Positions 8,993 through 19,271 are shown, numbered from the stretch's first letter. The stretch is 64,000 bases of DNA from an uncultured Gammaproteobacteria bacterium (GCA_964522055.1 CAZFUP010000001.1:8577-72576); one strand, 5' to 3'. Notes: generated by a model from the letters alone, not told the origin. Program-made: numbers and translations.

Positions 8993-10138
8993 ATGGATAA
9001 CCATGAACAAGAAAAAAATTATACCTCTAATATAGTTTTTTCTGGTGGTGGAACTGGTGGTTCAGTTACTCCGCTTCTGGCTGTAGCTGAAGAACTTTTA
9101 CTGGAAGAGAAGCCTTTAAATTTATTTTTTGTTGGCTCCTGCGATGGCCCAGAAAAAGATATGGTAGCTGATTTTAAAGGAGCTTTATTTAAGTTTATCC
9201 CTATTCATTGTGGGAAATGGCGTCGTTATTTTTCTTTTCATAACTTTTTTGATTTATTTAAAATAATTATTGCTTTTTTTGAATCTTTTAAAATACTTAA
9301 GAAAACTAAAGCTGATTTAGTAGTTACTGCCGGTAGCTTTGTTAGCGTCCCTTTGGTCTTTGCGGCTTTTATAAAAAAAATTCCTGTTTTAGTGCATCAA
9401 CAGGATATAAGGGCGGGACTAGCTAATAAATTAATGGCACCATTTGCTCGGGTTATAACTATTAGTTTTGAAAAATCATTTGCTGATTATGGTCATAGGG
9501 CTGTTTGGACAGGGAATCCCTTAAAAGATGTTAGTGTTTATAAAAACAACAAAGAGGAAACTAAAAAGCGTTATGGTTTAAGAAATGACATGCCGCTTTT
9601 AGTGGTTATTGGCGGTGGAACTGGCGCTTTGGCTTTAAATGAATTAGTTTTTGAATCTCTTTCTGACCTTATTCCTTTTTGCCAGGTTATTCATTTTACC
9701 GGTAAGAATAAAGGCAGGGAAATGAAGGAAAAATTGGTAAACTATTATTCTTTTGAATTTTTAAGCCAAAATGAGGTTCTTTCTATACTAGCTGCGGCTG
9801 ATTTAGTCGTTTCTCGTTGTGGACTTGGTGTTTTAACAGAGCTAGCTGCTTTAGCTAAACCGGCTATTTTAATTCCTATGCCTGATTCTCATCAAGAAGA
9901 AAATGCTGCTGTTTTTGAAGATAATAAGGCGGCGCTTGTTTTAAATCAAAAAGAAATTAATCCCGTTTCTTTTACCAAGCAGATAAAAGAATTATTGCTT
10001 GACGAGGATAAACGCTTATCTTTAGCCAATAACATTAGTCGGATTATGAAAACTAGAGCAGCTTTAAATATCAGTGCTTTAATTTGGGAAATAGTTTGTG
10101 GGCGCAGAGGGGGTAATATAAAAGAATATGAAAAATAA
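8993..10138 (+). CDS. murG: UDP-N-acetylglucosamine--N-acetylmuramyl-(pentapeptide) pyrophosphoryl-undecaprenol N-acetylglucosamine transferase
   Basis: N-terminal G-loop IVFSGGGTGGSVTPLLAVAEEL and C-terminal GT-B region; dcw cluster position. Confidence 0.85.
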   Translation: MDNHEQEKNYTSNIVFSGGGTGGSVTPLLAVAEELLLEEKPLNLFFVGSCDGPEKDMVADFKGALFKFIPIHCGKWRRYFSFHNFFDLFKIIIAFFESFKILKKTKADLVVTAGSFVSVPLVFAAFIKKIPVLVHQQDIRAGLANKLMAPFARVITISFEKSFADYGHRAVWTGNPLKDVSVYKNNKEETKKRYGLRNDMPLLVVIGGGTGALALNELVFESLSDLIPFCQVIHFTGKNKGREMKEKLVNYYSFEFLSQNEVLSILAAADLVVSRCGLGVLTELAALAKPAILIPMPDSHQEENAAVFEDNKAALVLNQKEINPVSFTKQIKELLLDEDKRLSLANNISRIMKTRAALNISALIWEIVCGRRGGNIKEYEK

Positions 10139-11528
10139 AAAAATATATTTCATTGGAATTAAAGGAGTTGGCATGACTATGTTAGCTCAGTTTTTAAAAC
10201 AAAAGGGAAATATAATTAGCGGTTCTGATATTAAAGATACTTTTTTAACTGATGCTGTTTTGAAAAAAGAAAAAATTAGAGTTTTTACTCCACCAATGAA
10301 GAAAAATCTTTATCCTTTGCCGGATATGATAGTTCATTCTTCAGCTTTTACACCGCAAAATAATCCAGAAATGGCTCATATTTTAAGTAATCCAGTGATT
10401 TTTAAAAATATCCCTCTTATCTCTTATGCAGCCTGCCTGGGTCAGACTTTTAATGACTATTATGGCGTTGCTGTTTGTGGTAGCCACGGCAAAACAACCA
10501 CTTCAGCTTGGCTAGGCTATGTTTTAAAAAAAGCAGGCAAAGAGCCAAATGTCTTAGTTGGTTCTAGTGTTTTGCAGTTTAAGGGTAGCGCACTTGTTGG
10601 TCGATCGCGCTATTTTGTAGCTGAAGTTGATGAATATCAAAACAAACTTAAGTATTTTAATCCGCAGATGGCTTTAATTAATAATATTGAATTTGATCAT
10701 CCAGATTTTTTTCCTGATGAAAAAAGTTACATTAAAGTTTTTTCCGATTTTATTAAAAAGATACCGTCTCAAGGTTTCTTAATCGCTAATCATAGCGACA
10801 AAAATTTAAGAAAAATTACTTCACACTGCAAAGGGAGGGTTATTAGTTATGATGTTGAGATAGAAAAAGACAAGGCTGATTATGTCGCCTATGATTTAGA
10901 AATGAGAGGCGGGCGTCAATTTTTTAAGCTTGCTGGTCAAGGAACATTTTCAATCCGTTTGCTTGGTAAACACAATGTCTATAATGCTTTGGCTGTTATT
11001 GCTTCAGCTAGAGCCTTAAAGGTTTCTTGGCAGGATATTAAAAAACATTTAGCCGGATTTAAGGGGACGACCAGGAGAACACAAGTTATCGGTCATTTTA
11101 ATAAAGCTTTAATTATTGATGATTATGCTCATCATCCCAGTGAAATAAAAAGCACTTTAGCTGGTTTAAGGGCGCGTTTTAAAAAGAAGAGGATAATAAC
11201 GGTTTTTCATCCTCATACCTATACGCGTACCAAAGCCTTGTTTTCTGATTTTGTTAGTAGTTTTTTGGATGCAGATGAACTAATAGTTTTAGATATTTAT
11301 GGTTCTGCTCGTGAGAAACAGGGTGGCGTATCAAGTCATCAATTGGTAGAAGAAATTAAAGTTTATAATAAAAATAAATTAAAACAGCAAATAGTAAAAC
11401 ATATTCCTAAAATTAAGACAGCTGCTTGTTATCTAAAACCACGATTAAAAGAAAATGATGTTCTTGTTTTAATGGGAGCTGGTGACGTTTTTCGCTTAGC
11501 TGAGATTATTTTAGGAAAAGGAAAATAA
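10128..11528 (+). CDS. murC: UDP-N-acetylmuramate--L-alanine ligase
   Basis: IYFIGIKGVGMTMLAQFLKQKGNIISGSD (MurC N-terminal), Mur ligase P-loop GSHGKTTT; overlaps murG stop by 11 nt. Confidence 0.85.
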   Translation: MKNKKIYFIGIKGVGMTMLAQFLKQKGNIISGSDIKDTFLTDAVLKKEKIRVFTPPMKKNLYPLPDMIVHSSAFTPQNNPEMAHILSNPVIFKNIPLISYAACLGQTFNDYYGVAVCGSHGKTTTSAWLGYVLKKAGKEPNVLVGSSVLQFKGSALVGRSRYFVAEVDEYQNKLKYFNPQMALINNIEFDHPDFFPDEKSYIKVFSDFIKKIPSQGFLIANHSDKNLRKITSHCKGRVISYDVEIEKDKADYVAYDLEMRGGRQFFKLAGQGTFSIRLLGKHNVYNALAVIASARALKVSWQDIKKHLAGFKGTTRRTQVIGHFNKALIIDDYAHHPSEIKSTLAGLRARFKKKRIITVFHPHTYTRTKALFSDFVSSFLDADELIVLDIYGSAREKQGGVSSHQLVEEIKVYNKNKLKQQIVKHIPKIKTAACYLKPRLKENDVLVLMGAGDVFRLAEIILGKGK

Positions 11529-11529
11529 T

Positions 11530-13326
11530 ATGGCAGATGTTAATAATAAAGAAAAAGAAGTTGATAAAAAAATAATTTCTTGGAGTGATTTTTGGAAAGA
11601 GCTTTTTAAAATGATAAAGCCTTTTCGTTCTATTGCTCTTACCATTTTAGCAATTACTGTTTTAGCCTCTCTTTTAGATTTGGTGAAACCTTATATTTTA
11701 AAATGGTTGATTGATGGCTTAACGGAATTTAACCTAAGTGCCTTGGGCGATATGTTTAAGTTAATAGCGCTATATATTTTTACCGATCAATTTCAATCTT
11801 TGATTAAGTATTTCAACGATAGGCGCATTCTTCTTTTAATAGTTAAATTGGAATATTTCTTAGGGATGAAATCGCAGGAGAAACTTTTAAGCTTGAGCTT
11901 GGGTTATCACGAGAAAGAAAATACAGGTGCGAAAATAATTAAAATAGAACGTGGTTCTGATAAAATTACTAAATTTGTTGAGAATATTTGTTGGGAAATG
12001 ATGCCAACCACTATTCAGCTTCTTGTAACTATACCTGCTTTATTCTGGGCAGACTGGCGTATCGGCTTATCTTTTTTGATTTTTGCTCCCGCTTTTATTT
12101 ATGTTACTTATTGGTCTAATAAAAAAATGGTGCCAGTTCGTAGAGAAATCTTTAAAGATTATGAAACAGCTAGCGGTAAAATGGGGCAGGCAATCATTAA
12201 CATAAACGCAGTACAATCTTTTGTGCAAGAAGAGAATGAATTATCTGGCTTTGAAAAAATAAAAAGTTATATCCGTGATAATGAGAATAAGCAATGGAGT
12301 TGGATTATGAAAATAGGTTTGGGTCGTAATTTGATAGTTGATATTGGTCGTGGCAGTGTCTTGCTTTTGGGTGTTTATTTTGTTTCTCAAAACATAATTA
12401 GCGTTGGTTCTTTAATTTTTGCTTTTACTTTAAGCGAAAAGGCCTATGCTTCTTTGTATCGTCTAACTCGTTTTTATGACAGAATGGAAGAGGGTCGAGA
12501 AGGAATTAATCGCTTAATTGTTCTATTTAAATCTGAAAGTGAGATAAAAGAAAGAGAAGATGCCTATAATCCTAAAAATATAAAAGGTGAAATTGAATTT
12601 AAAAACGTCTCTTTTTCTTATAATGATAATTTGCATGCAGCTATTAATAATTTGAATTTAAAAATAGAAGCTGGCAAGGTAACGGCATTAGTTGGTCCTT
12701 CTGGTGGTGGAAAAACAACTTTAGCTCGTCTTATATATCGCCATTATGATCCGCAAAGAGGACAAGTATTGCTTGATGGCCGTAATTTACAAGAATATAA
12801 ACTTCATGGTTTTAGACGATTTCTTGCTATAGTTCCGCAAGAAGTGGAAATTTTTGATTTAAGTGTTAGAGATAATATCGCCTATGCTAAACCAGGGGCC
12901 AGTTTCAGTGAAATTGAAGAAGCGGCTAAAATAGCTAATGCTGAGGAATTTATTTTACAATTAAATGAGAAATACGACACAATGGTTGGAGAAAGAGGGA
13001 TAAAGCTATCTGGTGGGCAAAGACAAAGAATAGGAATCGCCCGAGCGATTTTAGCTAGCCCTAGTGTTTTGATATTTGATGAGGCAACTTCTAATTTAGA
13101 TAGTCAAAGTGAAAAGTTAATAAAAGATGCTATGGATAAAATTAGTCATAACAGAACGGTGGTAATTATTGCTCATCGTTTAAGTACTATTAAGAAAGCT
13201 GATAAGATAATTGTTTTAGAGAATGGTCAGGTGGTAGAAAACGGTACTCATCAAGAATTGTCTAAAGTTCAAGGTGGCCTTTATGCTAAACTTTTAAAAC
13301 TGCAAGAAATAGGAGAGGTAATTTAA
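11530..13326 (+). CDS. ABC exporter, fused permease/ATP-binding protein (MsbA/type I exporter-like)
   Basis: Six-TM N-terminal domain; Walker A GPSGGGKTT, ABC signature LSGGQRQRIGIARAIL, Walker B VLIFDEATS. Confidence 0.85.
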   Translation: MADVNNKEKEVDKKIISWSDFWKELFKMIKPFRSIALTILAITVLASLLDLVKPYILKWLIDGLTEFNLSALGDMFKLIALYIFTDQFQSLIKYFNDRRILLLIVKLEYFLGMKSQEKLLSLSLGYHEKENTGAKIIKIERGSDKITKFVENICWEMMPTTIQLLVTIPALFWADWRIGLSFLIFAPAFIYVTYWSNKKMVPVRREIFKDYETASGKMGQAIININAVQSFVQEENELSGFEKIKSYIRDNENKQWSWIMKIGLGRNLIVDIGRGSVLLLGVYFVSQNIISVGSLIFAFTLSEKAYASLYRLTRFYDRMEEGREGINRLIVLFKSESEIKEREDAYNPKNIKGEIEFKNVSFSYNDNLHAAINNLNLKIEAGKVTALVGPSGGGKTTLARLIYRHYDPQRGQVLLDGRNLQEYKLHGFRRFLAIVPQEVEIFDLSVRDNIAYAKPGASFSEIEEAAKIANAEEFILQLNEKYDTMVGERGIKLSGGQRQRIGIARAILASPSVLIFDEATSNLDSQSEKLIKDAMDKISHNRTVVIIAHRLSTIKKADKIIVLENGQVVENGTHQELSKVQGGLYAKLLKLQEIGEVI

Positions 13327-13332
13327 AAATAT

Positions 13333-14352
13333 ATGATAAATATTGAAAAAAATGTTAATTTACAAAAATTTAACACTTTAAGCATTCCTGTTTTAGCTAA
13401 GTTTTTTTGTTGTGTAAAAAATGAAGAAGAACTAAAAGAAGCTTTAGTTTGGGCAAAAACAAAGAAGAAAAAAATCTTTATTCTAGGTGGCGGTTCTAAT
13501 GTTTTATTTAGCAAAGATTTTCCAGGCTTGGTGATAAAAAACGAGATAAGAGGAATTAATTTAAAAAAATCTAAAGACAGAGTTGCTTTTGTTGAAGCCA
13601 TGTCTGGTGAAAACTGGACTAAATTGGTTGATTTTACCGTAAAAGCCAAATTATACGGTTTAGAAAACCTCTTCTTAATATACGGAACGGTTGGCGCTGC
13701 TCCTGTCCAAAATATCGGTGCTTATGGTGTTGAACTAAAAGACAGTTTTTTTTCTTTAAGGGCGCTTGATTTAAATTCTTTAAAAGAAAAAACATTTTTT
13801 TCTAAAGATTGTCGCTTTGCTTATCGCGATAGTGTTTTTAAAAATAAATATAAAGGACGATATTTTATTCTTTCAGTTACTTTTAAATTAAGTTACCGCA
13901 AACATTTTAATCTTAGTTACAAAGGGATATCTGAGGAGCTTATTAAACAAGGGGTAGGGAAACCGGAGCTTAGAGATTTAATAAAAGCAATAACATTAAT
14001 ACGGAACAGCAAGTTACCTAGTCCTGGTGCATTACCTAATGCCGGGTCATTCTTTAAAAATACGGAGGTTAGCAAGACGTGTTTTAATTCTTTAAAGAAA
14101 AAATATCCCGATATGCCTAGTTATGCTGGGGAAAGAGGAAAAATAAAGATTCCGACAGCTTGGTTAATAGAACAAGCTGGTTGGCGTGGGCGCAAGCTTG
14201 GTCCAGTATCTATGTTTGAAAAACAAGCTCTTATTATGGTAAATCATGGCGGAGCTACAGCTAAAGACGTTTTATCTTTAGCTAAAAAAGTAAAAGCGGT
14301 TGTAAAGAAGAAATTTGGGCTTGATATTTGTGAAGAGATTAATATAATATAA
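13333..14352 (+). CDS. murB: UDP-N-acetylenolpyruvoylglucosamine reductase
   Basis: FAD-binding ILGGGSNVLF motif and MurB C-terminal domain; dcw context. Confidence 0.8.
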   Translation: MINIEKNVNLQKFNTLSIPVLAKFFCCVKNEEELKEALVWAKTKKKKIFILGGGSNVLFSKDFPGLVIKNEIRGINLKKSKDRVAFVEAMSGENWTKLVDFTVKAKLYGLENLFLIYGTVGAAPVQNIGAYGVELKDSFFSLRALDLNSLKEKTFFSKDCRFAYRDSVFKNKYKGRYFILSVTFKLSYRKHFNLSYKGISEELIKQGVGKPELRDLIKAITLIRNSKLPSPGALPNAGSFFKNTEVSKTCFNSLKKKYPDMPSYAGERGKIKIPTAWLIEQAGWRGRKLGPVSMFEKQALIMVNHGGATAKDVLSLAKKVKAVVKKKFGLDICEEINII

Positions 14353-14367
14353 AGGAAAAGAAAAAAT

Positions 14368-16185
14368 ATGAATTCTCAAGAACTTCGTAAAAAATATTTA
14401 GATTTTTTTGCCACTAAAGATCATGCCATAATCTCTAGCGCTTCTTTAATTCCAGAAAATGATCCGTCAGCTCTTTTTATAAGTGCAGGCATGCATCCTT
14501 TGGTGCCTTATCTTTTAGGAGAAAAACATCCAGCCGGATCTCGTCTTACCAGTGCACAAAAATGTATAAGAACTGGCGACATAGAAGAAGTTGGTGATTG
14601 TGTTCATCATACTTTTTTTGAAATGATGGGTAATTGGTCACTGGGTGATTATTTTAAAGAGGAATCAATTAAATATTCTTGGGAGTTTTTAACTGATCCT
14701 AAATGGCTTAATTTGGATAAGAATCGTTTAGCAGTTTCTGTTTTTAAGGGCGATGAAGATGCTCCTTTTGATAGCGAAGCTTATAATTTATGGAAGGACA
14801 TTTTTGTAGCCAATGGTTTACCACTTGAGAGAATAGCCAAGTTACCTAAAAAGAATAATTGGTGGGAGCTGGCAGGAATAGGCGGTCCTTGTGGACCAGA
14901 TTCAGAGATTTTTTATTGGTCTGATAAAAATTCTTCTGCGCCAGATTACTTTAACGACGACAATGATTTATGGGTTGAAATTTGGAATAATGTTTTTATG
15001 GAGTATAGGAAAAGCGCAGATAGAAAATATGAACCGCTTAGCCAAAAGAATGTTGATACCGGTTTAGGGCTGGAAAGAGTTTTAGCTGTGTTAAGTGGCA
15101 CTTCTGATAATTATCAAACAGATTTATTTACCACCATTATTTCAAAGATAGAAGCTTTAAGTGGCCATTTGTATAATGAAAGCGAAGAGATAAAACGAAC
15201 AATTCGTATTATTGCCGATCACTTAAAAGCAGCTGTTTTTATTATCGGTGACCCACATGGCGTAACACCTTCAAACAATGATCAGGGTTATATAGTTAGA
15301 CGACTTATCAGAAGAGCTATTCGTTATGGTTTGAAATTAGAAATAGCAAAAGATGCTTGGACGGCTGATGTTGCTCAAGAGGTAATAGAAGTTTATAAAA
15401 ACATTTATAAGGAGTTGGAAGATAATAAAGATTTTATTATTGAAAATTTAACAAAAGAACAAGAGAAGTTTTCTAAAACACTAGAAAGAGGACTACAAGA
15501 GTTTAATAAATTGTCAGATACTAATATAAGTGGCGTAGCTGCCTTTAATCTTTATCAGAGCTATGGATTTCCTCTAGAGATTACCGAAGATTTAGCTCGT
15601 GAAAAAAACATAGAGGTTGATAGAGTTGGTTTTGAATTGGAATTAAAAAAACATCAAGATCTTTCTCGGACTGCTTCGGCTGGAAAGTTTAAAGGCGGGT
15701 TAGCTGATGGTGGCGAAGAGACGATAAAATTACATACCGCCGCTCATCTATTATTAGCTGCTTTGCGAAGAGTTTTAGGTGATCATGTTTTTCAAAAGGG
15801 AAGCAATATCACCTCAGAGAGACTACGTTTTGATTTTTCTCATCCAGAAAAAATGACAACAGAACAAATAGAAGAAGTGGAAAACTTGGTTAATGGAGCG
15901 ATTTCAAAAGATTTTTTAGTTATTTGCGAAGAATTAAACTTAGAAGAAGCTAGAAAAAGAGGGGCAATGGGAGTATTTGATTCTAAATATGATGAAAAAG
16001 TAAAAGTATTTACAGTTTCAAATTTAAATACAGATGGCACGCCTGATTTAAAAGAAGCTTATTCTCAGGAAATTTGTGGTGGCCCTCACGTAAAGAACAC
16101 TGGAATATTAGGTAAGTTTAAAATAATAAAGGAAGAATCTTCAAGCGCGGGGGTAAGAAGAATTAAGGCGGTTTTAGAAGATTAA
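14368..16185 (+). CDS. alaS: Alanine--tRNA ligase, short form lacking the C-terminal C-Ala/oligomerisation domain
   Basis: Class II AlaRS catalytic core (FFATKDHAIISSASLIPENDPSALFISAGMHP, HHTFFEMMGNWSLGDYFK); editing-domain zinc motifs HTAAHLL and CGGPHV present; only 605 aa. Confidence 0.85.
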   Translation: MNSQELRKKYLDFFATKDHAIISSASLIPENDPSALFISAGMHPLVPYLLGEKHPAGSRLTSAQKCIRTGDIEEVGDCVHHTFFEMMGNWSLGDYFKEESIKYSWEFLTDPKWLNLDKNRLAVSVFKGDEDAPFDSEAYNLWKDIFVANGLPLERIAKLPKKNNWWELAGIGGPCGPDSEIFYWSDKNSSAPDYFNDDNDLWVEIWNNVFMEYRKSADRKYEPLSQKNVDTGLGLERVLAVLSGTSDNYQTDLFTTIISKIEALSGHLYNESEEIKRTIRIIADHLKAAVFIIGDPHGVTPSNNDQGYIVRRLIRRAIRYGLKLEIAKDAWTADVAQEVIEVYKNIYKELEDNKDFIIENLTKEQEKFSKTLERGLQEFNKLSDTNISGVAAFNLYQSYGFPLEITEDLAREKNIEVDRVGFELELKKHQDLSRTASAGKFKGGLADGGEETIKLHTAAHLLLAALRRVLGDHVFQKGSNITSERLRFDFSHPEKMTTEQIEEVENLVNGAISKDFLVICEELNLEEARKRGAMGVFDSKYDEKVKVFTVSNLNTDGTPDLKEAYSQEICGGPHVKNTGILGKFKIIKEESSSAGVRRIKAVLED

Positions 16186-16211
16186 TTTTTTCGTTTCTTC
16201 TTTTTCAACCC

Positions 16212-16240
16212 TTGACAACTTATTCTCTTATCTCTATAAT
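16212..16240 (+). promoter_or_regulatory. Sigma-70-type promoter (TTGACA-17 nt-TATAAT) upstream of infA/alpha operon
   Basis: Exact consensus -35 TTGACA at 16212-16217, 17-nt spacer, exact -10 TATAAT at 16235-16240, ~90 nt upstream of infA start. Confidence 0.5.
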
Positions 16241-16327
16241 AGTTTTATTAAGAATATTATTACAAAAATTAATTTTTTATAATAGATTTTGATAAAGAGA
16301 AATCATTGATCTTTATCAAATTTTTTT

Positions 16328-16600
16328 GTGTTAATGTCAAAAGACCGGAAAAATAAAAATAATTCGCTAGACAGCAGTGCTATCTTGAACGCTAAGGATT
16401 TCATTGAAATGCAGGGCGAAGTTTTGGAGCTGATGCCAGCGGCCAGCTTCAAGGTGAAAATAGAAAATGGACACGAAATCCTTGCTCATTTATCCGGAAA
16501 AATGAGAATGAATAAGATCCGCTTGTTGCCGGGAGACAAGGTTAAACTCCAGATTAGTCCTTATGACCTGACTAAAGGGCGGATTACTTATCGCCTCTAA
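16328..16600 (+). CDS. infA: Translation initiation factor IF-1 (with short N-terminal extension)
   Basis: [47 protein letters not shown]...[11 protein letters not shown] matches the IF-1 S1-like fold sequence. Confidence 0.85.
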   Translation: MLMSKDRKNKNNSLDSSAILNAKDFIEMQGEVLELMPAASFKVKIENGHEILAHLSGKMRMNKIRLLPGDKVKLQISPYDLTKGRITYRL

Positions 16601-16624
16601 TTTAATTTTAATTTAGATTCTAAT

Positions 16625-16738
16625 ATGAAGGTAAGAGCCAGCGCTAAAAAAATTTGTAAAGATTGCAAGATAGTACGTCGCAAAGGTCGTGTTCATGTAA
16701 TCTGTAAAAACCCTAAGCACAAGCAAAGACAGGGCTAA
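16625..16738 (+). CDS. rpmJ: 50S ribosomal protein L36 (not in supplied ORF track; found by reading the sequence)
   Basis: ATG at 16625; translation [37 protein letters not shown], the canonical zinc-ribbon L36 sequence; TAA at 16736-16738. Confidence 0.85.
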   Translation: MKVRASAKKICKDCKIVRRKGRVHVICKNPKHKQRQG

Positions 16739-16752
16739 TTTATAAATACTAT

Positions 16753-17148
16753 ATGGCAGTAAGAATTGCAGGGGTTAATATCCCAAATGACAAAAGAGTA
16801 GAAATTGCTCTAACTTATATCCACGGTATCGGCAAGACTAGATCTGGTCAGGTTTTGTTAGCCGCTAAAGTTGATAAGAACACTCGTGTTCAAGATTTAA
16901 AAGAAGAAGAAGTTAATCTTTTAAGAGAAATTATTGAAAAAAAATATACAGTTGAGGGTGATTTGCGTCGTGAAGTTCAAAGCAATATAAAACGTTTACG
17001 TGAAATTGGTTGTTATCGTGGTCTTCGCCACACTAAACATTTACCAGTTAGAGGGCAGAGAACTAAAACCAATAGCCGCACTGTTCGTGGTAATAAACGC
17101 GTGACCATGGGTAGTGGTAAATCTAAGGCTGGTTTACAGAAAACCTAA
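16753..17148 (+). CDS. rpsM: 30S ribosomal protein S13
   Basis: [31 protein letters not shown]...[25 protein letters not shown]. Confidence 0.95.
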   Translation: MAVRIAGVNIPNDKRVEIALTYIHGIGKTRSGQVLLAAKVDKNTRVQDLKEEEVNLLREIIEKKYTVEGDLRREVQSNIKRLREIGCYRGLRHTKHLPVRGQRTKTNSRTVRGNKRVTMGSGKSKAGLQKT

Positions 17149-17174
17149 TCCCTAATATTTATAAAGATTAAAAT

Positions 17175-17762
17175 ATGTCTGAAGAGATAAAAAAAGAAGC
17201 GGCGATTGAGGCCGGAGTCAAAGAAGCAGAAGAAGCTAAGAAAGTTTCTGTTGCTGAAGATAAAGTTAAAGACGAAAAAGAAGTCGAGGCTTTTTCTTTT
17301 GATTCCAGTGATGAAGAATTGCCAGAAGAAATAAAACAGAAATTAGAAAAAAATAAGCAGGCTAGAGCAAAAAAGAAATTAATTAAAAAGAAGAAAAAGA
17401 AAGTTGCTAAAGTGGTAAAAATTGGTCGTGCTTATGTTCAAGCTACCTATAACAATACCATGATTACTTTAACTGATAATAATGGTGATGTTATTTCTTG
17501 GGCTAGTGCTGGATTGGCTGGATTTAAAGGAGCCAAAAAAGCCACTCCTTATGCTGCCCAGATTATTACCAAAATTGCTGTTCAAAAAGCTAAGGAAGAA
17601 TATGGTTTACAAGAAGTAAGCGTATTTGTTTCTGGAGTTGGTACTGGTCGCGAAGCGGCTATCCGTGCTCTAAATGCTAACGGCCTAGAAGTTAATGCCA
17701 TTAAAGATACAACTCCTGTTCCTCATAATGGTTGCCGTCCTAAAAAACCACGTCGCGTTTAA
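17175..17762 (+). CDS. rpsK: 30S ribosomal protein S11 with ~65-aa acidic/lysine-rich N-terminal extension (true start could be an internal GTG)
   Basis: Core [50 protein letters not shown] matches S11; extension is low-complexity E/K-rich. Confidence 0.9.
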   Translation: MSEEIKKEAAIEAGVKEAEEAKKVSVAEDKVKDEKEVEAFSFDSSDEELPEEIKQKLEKNKQARAKKKLIKKKKKKVAKVVKIGRAYVQATYNNTMITLTDNNGDVISWASAGLAGFKGAKKATPYAAQIITKIAVQKAKEEYGLQEVSVFVSGVGTGREAAIRALNANGLEVNAIKDTTPVPHNGCRPKKPRRV

Positions 17763-17774
17763 TTTTTAAATAAT

Positions 17775-18407
17775 ATGGGAAGAAATATTGATAATAAATG
17801 TAAGCAATGCCGTCGTATCGGCGAAAAACTTTTTCTAAAAGGTGATCGTTGCTTTACCGCTAAATGTGCTATGGTAAAGAGAAACTACGTTCCTGGATTT
17901 CATGGACCAAAAGGTCGCAAACGTTTAAGTGGTTATGGTTTACAGTTGCAAGAAAAGCAAAAGGCAAAAAAATACTATGGCTTATTAGAAAAGCAATTTC
18001 GCTTAATCTTTGTTAAAGCTTCTAAAATGCCTGGTGACGCTGGTAAGAATTTTTTGAAATTACTAGAAATGCGTTTAGATAACGTTATTTATCGTTTAGG
18101 CTTAGCTTCTTCTCGTGCGCAAGCTCGTCAAATGGTTACCCATGGACATTTTTCAGTAAATGATCGCAAGACTGATATTCCTTCTTTTTCTGTAAAAGAA
18201 GGGCAAGTAATAAAAATAAAGAAAAGTAGTCAAAATAACCGTTTCTTTAAGAATTTAAGTGAAAAATTAAAGAAATCAGAGGAAAGACCAAGTTGGTTAA
18301 ATTTTGACGTTAAAGAGTTGAGCGCTAAGGTATTACATAATCCTAAAGATAGTGATTTGCCTCAGAATATCAACGTTCAAATGATTATTGAGTATTACTC
18401 AAAATAA
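17775..18407 (+). CDS. rpsD: 30S ribosomal protein S4
   Basis: N-terminal zinc-finger-like CKQCRRIGEKLFLKGDRC and S4 domain. Confidence 0.9.
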   Translation: MGRNIDNKCKQCRRIGEKLFLKGDRCFTAKCAMVKRNYVPGFHGPKGRKRLSGYGLQLQEKQKAKKYYGLLEKQFRLIFVKASKMPGDAGKNFLKLLEMRLDNVIYRLGLASSRAQARQMVTHGHFSVNDRKTDIPSFSVKEGQVIKIKKSSQNNRFFKNLSEKLKKSEERPSWLNFDVKELSAKVLHNPKDSDLPQNINVQMIIEYYSK

Positions 18408-18434
18408 ATTAATTGTTTCAGAACAAGTTCAAAC

Positions 18435-19271
18435 TTGTTCTGGGCAGCATTATCTATGCAAAATATCGCTTTACCTAAAAAAATTAATTTTAAAGCCGGT
18501 GTCAACCCAAATGAGGGTATTGTCAGCGTCGAGCCATTATTTCCTGGTTATGGCATGACTTTAGGCAATTCTTTACGCCGTGTTTTATTATCTTCTTTAT
18601 CAGGCGCAGCCGTTATCGGCGTGAAAATAAAGGGGGCTAGCCATGAATTTATGGCTCTAAAGGGAATTAAAGAAGATGTCTTGGAAATAATTTTAAATTT
18701 AAAGCAATTACGTCTTAAGATTCATACTGATGAAGAGGTTCGTTTAGAGCTTAAGATTAAAGGTAAGAAGGTGGTAAAAGCATCTGACATTTCAAAAGAT
18801 AGCCAAGTGGAAATAAAGAATCCAGAATTAGTAATTGCCAACTTAACAGACGAAAACGCTGTTTTGGAAGCAGAGATCTGGGTGAAAGAAGGCCGTGGCT
18901 ACAGAATGCCGGAAGGAGCTAAAAATCAAAACAAGGAAATTGGTTATATTGAAATAGATTCTATGTTTTCACCAGTTATTCTTGTTTCAAGTAGTGTAGA
19001 AAACACTCGTGTTGGTAAAATGACTAATTGGGATAAATTGGTTTTAAATATTAAAACTGACGGTACTATTTCCTTTGAAGAAGCTTTTAATGAATCAGTT
19101 AGTATTTTAGTTAATCAGTATAGTTCATTGTTACCAGGGGGAATAAAAAGTGAAGAAGAAGATGGTGATAATGAAAAAGTTGTAGAAACTCCTGTTGAAG
19201 AAGAAGTAGTTGAAGAAGAAATTACCAAGAAAAAAGAAATTAAAGAAGTTAAAAAGAAAACTAAGAAATAA
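18435..19271 (+). CDS. rpoA: DNA-directed RNA polymerase subunit alpha, N-terminal domain only (no alpha-CTD); start may be at the internal Met (MQNIALPK, ~18456)
   Basis: GIVSVEPLFPGYGMTLGNSLRRVLLSSLSGAAVIGVKI matches alpha-NTD; protein ends in an acidic/lysine tail after ~235 aa of NTD. Confidence 0.85.
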   Translation: MFWAALSMQNIALPKKINFKAGVNPNEGIVSVEPLFPGYGMTLGNSLRRVLLSSLSGAAVIGVKIKGASHEFMALKGIKEDVLEIILNLKQLRLKIHTDEEVRLELKIKGKKVVKASDISKDSQVEIKNPELVIANLTDENAVLEAEIWVKEGRGYRMPEGAKNQNKEIGYIEIDSMFSPVILVSSSVENTRVGKMTNWDKLVLNIKTDGTISFEEAFNESVSILVNQYSSLLPGGIKSEEEDGDNEKVVETPVEEEVVEEEITKKKEIKEVKKKTKK

